Origin: Basidiobolus meristosporus CBS 931.73
Taxonomy: Eukaryota; Fungi; Basidiobolomycota
Direction: 5' to 3'
Assembly: GCA_002104905.1 (NCBI GenBank)
Contig: MCFE01000333.1
Coordinates: 28,760 to 92,759, forward strand
Length of the DNA: 64,000 nt
How positions within the stretch are numbered: the stretch's first letter is position 1; each line of letters opens with the position of its first letter. Shown in pieces: positions 53,796 through 61,153 of the stretch. Made by a program: the position numbers and the translations under genes. The notes under the pieces are model-generated. The model ran no database searches. It was not told where the DNA came from and worked only from the letters and a program-made list of their open reading frames with translations.

Positions 53796-54602
53796 TTAAT
53801 CCACAATGGGTGTGGCAAGGTTGTAGGTCTTTCCACCTTGTGAGTAGTCGATGCCCTGCTCGCGCTCGTAGGCTGGTGGGAACAGACGTCTCTTCTCATC
53901 GTAGTACGTGTTACGGAGGTCTCCTTCCCGGGCTGCGTTGTAGGTGAGATACACTGCTGTCCGGTTCTTCTCAGTGTTGTTGGGCCCTGACCTGTGTGGC
54001 AAGTAGGCTCCGAAAATCAGCACATCCCGTGGTCCACAGGTGAGGGGAACCCATTCCTCCTTCTCACACCACTCCACAGAGATGGACCCATCCTTTTCCT
54101 CTTGTGGTAGCACCCCAAGCTTGTGCTTCTTGGGGACAGCCCACAGACATCCATTCTCGATGGTGAACGGGTCCACCCCAAACATCACTGTGACATGAGA
54201 AGATTGCCCGAACTGGGTGAATGCTGGAGCATCCTGGTGGGCTGGGAACCCACCTCCGCCTGGCATCTTGAAGTTGATCTTCTCTTTGAACAGCACCGCT
54301 GGCTCTCCTGTCAACACCTCCAGCGCGGTCATCACCTTCTCACCAAGAATGATGTTGCGAAGCGCCTCGTGGAACGGGGTGAAGTTCTCGATGCGGCACA
54401 GCTGACGCTCCCCGGTCTTCACGTTGTTCTCATAGTAGCGCATCCACTTCCCCTTTGTCTCGGGCCATTCCCTGATCTCCTGGATGGCACTGGCCACCAG
54501 GACAGTCTCTTCAGGAGTGAGGTAGTCCTTGAGGATGATGTAGCCTTCGTTGTCGTAGAAGGATTTCTGCTCGGCACTGATGAATTCGGAAGTGGTGGCC
54601 AT
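53796..54602 (-). CDS. phnY: PhnY-like Fe(II)/2-oxoglutarate dioxygenase (PhyH family; probable 2-aminoethylphosphonate hydroxylase), copy 1, 268 aa, intronless
   Basis: HQD...H facial triad (AHQDAPAF, PHRSGPN) and 2OG-binding R (KNRTAVY). GKWMRYYE, LCRIENF, LFKEKINFK, FPPAYER and YNLATPI resemble bacterial PhnY as recalled. ATG 54602 is homologous to the copy 2 start. Confidence 0.85.
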   Translation of the reverse strand: MATTSEFISAEQKSFYDNEGYIILKDYLTPEETVLVASAIQEIREWPETKGKWMRYYENNVKTGERQLCRIENFTPFHEALRNIILGEKVMTALEVLTGEPAVLFKEKINFKMPGGGGFPAHQDAPAFTQFGQSSHVTVMFGVDPFTIENGCLWAVPKKHKLGVLPQEEKDGSISVEWCEKEEWVPLTCGPRDVLIFGAYLPHRSGPNNTEKNRTAVYLTYNAAREGDLRNTYYDEKRRLFPPAYEREQGIDYSQGGKTYNLATPIVD

Positions 54603-54662
54603 GTTCTGGTTTTTGGAAGGGGAGAACTTGTTGATATGCATCCATACATAAATCCAGGGGAA

Positions 54663-54669
54663 TTTTATA
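54663..54669 (-). promoter_or_regulatory. TATA box (TATAAAA) upstream of phnY copy 1
   Basis: About 60 bp upstream of the ATG, the same spacing as in copy 2 although the flanks are otherwise dissimilar. Confidence 0.5.
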
Positions 54670-55443
54670 CTGCACCTTCACCAAGTCACTGGGAACTCCT
54701 CACACAAACCATTTGGAGATTTATGGACTGGTGCGACTGCTGTGATGACTTGACGCCACCAATTACCTTCCGTGAAAATCCCACCTTCTCTGGAACCCGA
54801 TCAGATTGGTATGTCGATGCGCTCTGGCTCGTATCAACCGTCCATGCGGCATAATCGTGACTAACCCGATCTCCGAGATGAGTTGGGGTTTCAAGGATGA
54901 CGTGCGTAACATTTCATAACAGACCATTCATCCTCCACCAAAAAGTTCCTACTTCCGGTAAGACAAAGGTTCATTACGCGCCTCGTCAACGGAATCGGAG
55001 TTCAACCTGGCAGGACTAACATCTTATCATGATAACGACCCCCTCCCCTTTGTGCACACGTACAAACGGCTCAATTATCTCTATTATGATTAAGGCTTTT
55101 CGGCAGCATCATCCGCACTCATGGCCATTCTGCGTTTCTCAGTATCGCGCCTTTCTGGTATATTTCTCGATTCAAGGAGCACAGAACAGAGATGCTTCAT
55201 GTAGAGATAGAATGGATCTCGCTGAGCCCTTGAAACCCAGTGGACGATGAAGTAATGGATTTTCAAGCCCAGCCAATCACAACGTGGAGTGTGGAATTCC
55301 CAGCCCTCCCTTTAATATTTGCCTAATGATAATCATGCGGATATTTCCTATTGTTTAAGAGGTCATTGTATCCGGCTCTCGTATTTATTACACCATTAAG
55401 GAAACTTTGGAACCTAGATCTTTGCTGACTTCTTCCCTTCCCA

Positions 55444-56442
55444 ATGCCCCGCCTAAGTCGTGAACAACCTCTGGGTACACCGGTTGGAGAATTAAGTTTT
55501 CGTGAGTATCGCCGAAGGTACTGGAAAGATTGGGTGTTGCTGATCTGTACGGCGATCTTGGGCTTCGGCCTTTATGTGGCCAAACCTGCATCTACTAGGG
55601 TATTTTCAATCTATGATAACGCTGTGTCTACCTCCTCCCCATCAGCCCCCCTCACGAGGCATTTGACCAATGTGGATAACTCGTATCCAATCAAACCCGA
55701 GATCATTCCCATGTGGCTGAGCGGCTTCCTCTCCTTCATCCTGTGCTTCCTCACCTTTGCCATCGCTCAGTATTGGAAGCGCTCTTGGACCGACTTTCAT
55801 ACCGCTATGATGGGAATGTTCTACTCTATGGGTGGCTCGGGCTTGTTCCAGGTGTTCTGCAAATGGCTAATTGGTGGATTCAGGCCCCACTTTCTTGAAG
55901 TGTGCAAACCGGATCTGAGCAAGTTGGCGGGGTCTGGTGCTGGTGAGGGATTCGGACAAATATACTACGATAGAGCCATTTGTACCGGCGATCCTACAGA
56001 GATCAATGATGCATTGCAGAGCTTCCCAAGTGGCCACTCGAATGCCGCTTGGGCAGGTCTCTTGTTCCTGTTTTACTATCTGAATGCCAACCTCAAGCTT
56101 TATTCCAACCGGCGAACGCCCTACTGGAAATTGCTGGTGGTCACGCTTCCGGTGTTGATAGCCCTTCTGCTATCACTGAGCCGACTGGTGGACTACACGC
56201 ATCATTGGTATGACATATTTGTAGGGGGGATCATTGGGTGTGTTTATGCCACGCTAAGTTGGAGAATGCAATATGCATCTATCTGGGATTGGAGAACGAA
56301 TCATCTTCCACTGGACAATCTTGATGAGCAAAACATATCAACAAATATGCTGCCTCTCAACAACCCTCCTCATTTGCCAGAAAACTCCCTTGAGCAAGAG
56401 ACGAGCGACAGCGTGATAGAAGTAAATGGGAAAGTGAACTAA
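55444..56442 (+). CDS. PAP2-family lipid phosphate phosphatase (DPP1/LPP1-like), copy A, 332 aa, intronless
   Basis: Three PAP2 motifs (KWLIGGFRPHF, SFPSGHS, SRLVDYTHHWYD) and several hydrophobic helices. Confidence 0.9.
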   Translation: MPRLSREQPLGTPVGELSFREYRRRYWKDWVLLICTAILGFGLYVAKPASTRVFSIYDNAVSTSSPSAPLTRHLTNVDNSYPIKPEIIPMWLSGFLSFILCFLTFAIAQYWKRSWTDFHTAMMGMFYSMGGSGLFQVFCKWLIGGFRPHFLEVCKPDLSKLAGSGAGEGFGQIYYDRAICTGDPTEINDALQSFPSGHSNAAWAGLLFLFYYLNANLKLYSNRRTPYWKLLVVTLPVLIALLLSLSRLVDYTHHWYDIFVGGIIGCVYATLSWRMQYASIWDWRTNHLPLDNLDEQNISTNMLPLNNPPHLPENSLEQETSDSVIEVNGKVN

Positions 56443-56935
56443 GCAGTAGACAACCATCATCAAATGGTGCAGCTTATTGATGATTGGTAGAGCCCAAGAG
56501 GGAATATTCAAAGTAGAGTCATGTACCAAAACGTACAACAGTAGATTGTTATACATTATATGTCAAGCATCCAGATTGCATGATCAACATCTGTATTTCA
56601 AGGTATTAAAATGCAATGCTGAAGCACGTGCTCGGCGATCGATCATTTCTCAGGACCCAACAACTCGGTTAAGCATATTTAGTAATTGGACTACCCCAAA
56701 GTGTTTCGACATCCCAGGGGAATTATTGGCCATGGATGTGGGATTGTTTGCATTGATCAGAAAACTACATGAAATCACGGTTTCCTTTGTTGAAGGCAGA
56801 TGGCCAACTCTGAGCACTTGATTTGCTGAAAGATTTATTTAAAGTTCCGTGATCCTGCGAACGTTTGGCCTGTGGTAACTCGAACTGGAGGCTGTTACAT
56901 TCGCAGCCCGTCCTTCAACCATAGGTGTGTTAGAT

Positions 56936-57931
56936 ATGCCATATGTACGTGCGACAGCGCCACAATATAATTCCATAGGTAACCTTTCCTTCCACGAATA
57001 CCGTAAGCGATACTGGAAGGATTGGGTATTGTTGGTGTGTACGGCCATTTTAGGCTTCGGTCTTTATGTAGCCAAACCTGCATCTACTAGGGTATTTTCA
57101 ATCTATGATAACGCTGTGTCTACCTCCTCCCCATCAGCCCCCCTCACGAGGCATTTGACCAATGTGGATAACTCGTATCCAATCAAACCCGAGATCATTC
57201 CCATGTGGCTGAGCGGCTTCCTCTCCTTCATCCTGTGCTTCCTCACCTTTGCCATCGCTCAGTATTGGAAGCGCTCTTGGACCGACTTTCATACCGCTAT
57301 GATGGGAATGTTCTACTCTATGGGTGGCTCGGGCTTGTTCCAGGTGTTCTGCAAATGGCTAATTGGTGGATTCAGGCCCCACTTTCTTGAAGTGTGCAAA
57401 CCGGATCTGAGCAAGTTGGCGGGGTCTGGTGCTGGTGAGGGATTCGGTCAGATATACTACGATAGAACCATTTGTACCGGCGATCCTACAGAGATCAATG
57501 ATGCATTGCAGAGCTTCCCAAGTGGTCACTCGAATGCCGCTTGGGCAGGCCTCTTGTTCCTGTTCTACTATCTGAATGCCAACCTCAAGCTTTATTCCAA
57601 CCGGCGAACGCCCTACTGGAAGTTGCTGGTGGTCACGCTTCCGGTGTTGGTAGCCCTTCTGCTATCACTGAGCCGACTGGTGGACTACACGCATCATTGG
57701 TATGACATATTTGTAGGGGGGATCATTGGGTGTGTTTATGCCACGCTAAGTTGGAGAATGCAATATGCATCTATCTGGGATTGGAGGAACAACGATCTAC
57801 CACTAGATTTTCTGGAGGAGGAAGGAGATTTGAGAGTCTCATCCTCATCCAAGGCTAACCATTCAGATTACAACAGTAAGATCAACGCAGTGGAATCCAC
57901 CTCCAAATCCCACGAGCAGGTGGATCCATGA
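56936..57931 (+). CDS. PAP2-family lipid phosphate phosphatase (DPP1/LPP1-like), copy B, 331 aa, intronless
   Basis: Same motifs as copy A. ATG 56936 lies exactly 1492 bp from the copy A ATG, the same offset as the conserved core; the ORF track starts at an upstream GTG. Confidence 0.9.
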   Translation: MPYVRATAPQYNSIGNLSFHEYRKRYWKDWVLLVCTAILGFGLYVAKPASTRVFSIYDNAVSTSSPSAPLTRHLTNVDNSYPIKPEIIPMWLSGFLSFILCFLTFAIAQYWKRSWTDFHTAMMGMFYSMGGSGLFQVFCKWLIGGFRPHFLEVCKPDLSKLAGSGAGEGFGQIYYDRTICTGDPTEINDALQSFPSGHSNAAWAGLLFLFYYLNANLKLYSNRRTPYWKLLVVTLPVLVALLLSLSRLVDYTHHWYDIFVGGIIGCVYATLSWRMQYASIWDWRNNDLPLDFLEEEGDLRVSSSSKANHSDYNSKINAVESTSKSHEQVDP

Positions 57932-58413
57932 CCTATCCCATACTGAAATTTATCTAGTTTGAGTCATCGAACCCTAACGCAACTAACAGCAAATAAATCT
58001 TCCAATTACTTGTGCACATTCGGGATTGCATCATCCATCGAAACCATTTCCATCCGTATAGAGCCTGATAATGGCATGTCGGTGTCCAGACACGTAGAGG
58101 TTTGAAATTGAGTAATACAGCGAAGTGGGCCTCACCTGACCCACGATTTCCACCGCTCCTGATCGTAATTTACTCTACATGGAGTAGAACGTTTGACCAC
58201 ATGCTGTTATTATCGTGACTTAAAATGGTAAATTAAGAGCGAGATATAGATTCCCCATGGCCCACGGGTTGACGATATTCGTGGAACCAGATGAGCCATT
58301 TCCCAGCAATCATTGGCTTGCTGGGTATATTCACATCCCTCTTGTGACAAACACCAGTTTACATTAACCAAGATTTCGGTTCAACCTTGAAAGGCACAGG
58401 GCTAGTCGTGCAG

Positions 58414-58420
58414 TATAAAA
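58414..58420 (+). promoter_or_regulatory. TATA box (TATAAAA) upstream of phnY copy 2
   Basis: About 60 bp upstream of ATG 58479. Confidence 0.5.
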
Positions 58421-58478
58421 GCGTTCATACGATGACTACAGAATCACTGAAAACGCGGAATAATCCTGGTTAATCAAG

Positions 58479-59285
58479 ATGGCTACCACTACCGAATTCG
58501 TCAGTGCCGAGCAGAAATCCTTCTACGACAACGAAGGCTACATCATCCTCAAGGACTACCTCACTCCTGAAGAGACTGTCCTGGTGGCCAGTGCCATCCA
58601 GGAGATCAGGGAATGGCCCGAGACAAAGGGGAAGTGGATGCGCTACTATGAGAACAACGTGAAGACCGGGGAGCGTCAGCTGTGCCGCATCGAGAACTTC
58701 ACCCCGTTCCACGAGGCGCTTCGCAACATCATTCTTGGTGAGAAGGTGATGACCGCGCTGGAGGTGTTGACAGGAGAGCCAGCGGTGCTGTTCAAAGAGA
58801 AGATCAACTTCAAGATGCCAGGCGGAGGTGGGTTCCCAGCCCACCAGGATGCTCCAGCATTCACCCAGTTCGGGCAATCTTCCCATGTCACAGTGATGTT
58901 TGGGGTGGACCCGTTCACCATCGAGAATGGATGTCTGTGGGCTGTCCCCAAGAAGCACAAGCTTGGGGTGCTACCACAAGAGGAAAAGGATGGGTCCATC
59001 TCTGTGGAGTGGTGTGAGAAGGAGGAATGGGTTCCCCTCACCTGTGGACCACGGGATGTGCTGATTTTCGGAGCCTACTTGCCACACAGGTCAGGGCCCA
59101 ACAACACTGAGAAGAACCGGACAGCAGTGTATCTCACCTACAACGCAGCCCGGGAAGGAGACCTCCGTAACACGTACTACGATGAGAAGAGACGTCTGTT
59201 CCCACCAGCCTACGAGCGCGAGCAGGGCATCGACTACTCACAAGGTGGAAAGACCTACAACCTTGCCACACCCATTGTGGACTGA
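58479..59285 (+). CDS. phnY: PhnY-like Fe(II)/2-oxoglutarate dioxygenase, copy 2, 268 aa, intronless
   Basis: Protein identical to copy 1 except residues 5 and 8; same catalytic motifs. Confidence 0.85.
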   Translation: MATTTEFVSAEQKSFYDNEGYIILKDYLTPEETVLVASAIQEIREWPETKGKWMRYYENNVKTGERQLCRIENFTPFHEALRNIILGEKVMTALEVLTGEPAVLFKEKINFKMPGGGGFPAHQDAPAFTQFGQSSHVTVMFGVDPFTIENGCLWAVPKKHKLGVLPQEEKDGSISVEWCEKEEWVPLTCGPRDVLIFGAYLPHRSGPNNTEKNRTAVYLTYNAAREGDLRNTYYDEKRRLFPPAYEREQGIDYSQGGKTYNLATPIVD

Positions 59286-59597
59286 TTAAAATTGTTGATT
59301 AATATCAATGAGTACTCATTATCATTAGAAATAAAGAGAAACTATCCCACGACCCTCAATAATGAAAACGATTTAAATAGTGTAAAGGTGGGAACGATGC
59401 CAGTACTAAAAAAGAGAATTTGTGAGGAATGGCATTTTCCAAACTGAACGTCATGGAGAATCGGGCGCATCTATTTCTTTTGGTAATCATCGCACGAGGA
59501 TCCGGTTGACTTTTCTCACTATTACATATAAGATTACAGCACGCAATATTTGGAGGAATGGTTTTTATTCAAATGTAGGTTATCTAATTAGGGGTTG

Positions 59598-60221
59598 TCA
59601 TACGTTCAGTGCTGCTTGCTGTCTGAGATGGTTAATGGCTATTTGTCGGTAGCTTTCCAACCCTGGGACCTTCAAATCAACCACCTTAGCTCCATCATCC
59701 CACCTTCTAATCTCGACTTTCTCTTGGTAATAGGGTAGCTTCTCGAACTCAGCCACTTCCTCAGCGGTATATGGACCTCCTTGATACTTCAATGACAGCT
59801 TACTAGCATCACTGAGTGTGTCATAATAGTCTGGGTACTTCCCGGTTAAGTAGCGCTTGACTGGTACATGGGCCTCCACTAGAGCGGTCACCTTGTCGGA
59901 AAAACCTAGCCGCTTCAAGTATTCTGCGCCAATACGTTCATGGCCATGAACTCCCACGCTGAATGGCTCTTCGCCCTGATTTAAATCTGCGGCCTCTACC
60001 AGCATAGCTTTGGAGGCTGGAGAGCTTACGAACTGACCGATATCATGCAGCAACGCGGCTAAGATGGTCTCATCGTCGGCTCCGCTCTGCTGAGCAGACG
60101 CAGCAGCTTGCAGGGCATGATCCAGTTGAGAGATCGCTTCACCAATGTATCCACGCTCACTCCCGTCCTGTAGGCACTGAAAGATACTGTCGATCACCTT
60201 AACGTATTTTTCTTCGGTCAT
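59598..60221 (-). CDS. phnZ: PhnZ-like HD-domain diiron oxygenase (C-P bond cleaving), 207 aa, intronless
   Basis: YIGEAISQLDHALQ, LAALLHDIG, HERIGAEYL, EAHVPVKRYL, LSDASKLSLKYQGGP and IRRWDD, DLKVPG. Putative metal ligands H35, H59, D60, H94, H118 and D175. Confidence 0.88.
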   Translation of the reverse strand: MTEEKYVKVIDSIFQCLQDGSERGYIGEAISQLDHALQAAASAQQSGADDETILAALLHDIGQFVSSPASKAMLVEAADLNQGEEPFSVGVHGHERIGAEYLKRLGFSDKVTALVEAHVPVKRYLTGKYPDYYDTLSDASKLSLKYQGGPYTAEEVAEFEKLPYYQEKVEIRRWDDGAKVVDLKVPGLESYRQIAINHLRQQAALNV

Positions 60222-61153
60222 TCTCTAGAGCTGTAAATCGTATGGTGGATTTGAATGAAATATTATGAAGGAACCCAACACTTATATATGCCACATCACC
60301 ATTCCCCTGTACTACGTGCTAAACTGGTTTCGGAAATCTCGTACGTCCAGAGATTGCCATGTAATTGATGGATTCTTTTCAATTTACTTGGCAGATGAAT
60401 TCCACCCCCAGCCTACAATAGCTGCCCTCACATCCACGTGTAGAGAGCGTTCATTTCTTTCGCTTGTGCGTTCATTCGAGATGTATGTACAAACGTATTC
60501 TGCAACATCGCTCAAGCTGTATTACAATGAGTAATGCTAATTTCGGTCGGAAAATAGAGCCCAACAAGGTCGAGTCCCAGAAATGGTAACCAACCATCAT
60601 GATCACGATGCAGTTATTAACGTAAGTTATGCGGGTGTGGTCAATTGAGATTCATGGCCTGAGCTCTTGACTAGGGTTCATCAGCATAGTTTGATAGCAC
60701 GAAACCTCATTGCAGATTGGCATCCAAATACCGTTCGAAACTCTACCACCGATTGCCATCAAGCGAAACTCCACCACCGAGATAAACAAACAGTGTTGCG
60801 AATTCATGTGAGCATCGACAACGTCACTTCCATTGGCCATGGAGAATAAAAAGGGGGTCATCACCGCGTCATCTTGAGAAAAAATCTAGGATTCGCCTAT
60901 CGAAGCAGGACCTATTTTAAAATTTATCACCATGCATCACGCACCACATCACACCACCACACCACACCACGCCCACCACCCCTTTTCAAGAATTGCACCC
61001 GATTTTTGATTCTTGCTAATTAAAGTCCATAGAGAAAAAGCCAAGGTATCCTACTATCGACGTACCGTTTGTTGTTTCAAAACCCTTACTGAGCCGAGAC
61101 TTCCTTTCAACCCAGCACGAGTGAGTCCCATAGGAAAAGTTTTCATATCCACC

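Noticed and set aside
54603-54641. 13-aa N-terminal extension of phnY1 (MHINKFSPSKNQN)
   Set aside because: Absent from copy 2, and its ATG lies only about 20 bp from the TATA box. ATG 54602 is the homologous start.
54123-54854. 243-aa ORF antisense to phnY1, and its twins 58470..58958 and 58676..59041
   Set aside because: Shadow frames of a GC-rich CDS. The similarity between twins ends where the phnY CDS ends, and no motif is recognisable.
58479-59285. Annotation as peroxisomal phytanoyl-CoA hydroxylase or ectoine hydroxylase
   Set aside because: Same fold family, but the full-length motif pattern and adjacency to a PhnZ-like gene favour PhnY. Not excluded without a tree.
60560-61153. Short ORFs and the CACCA-rich run upstream of IDE
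   Set aside because: No coding signature. Consistent with a divergent promoter and low-complexity sequence.
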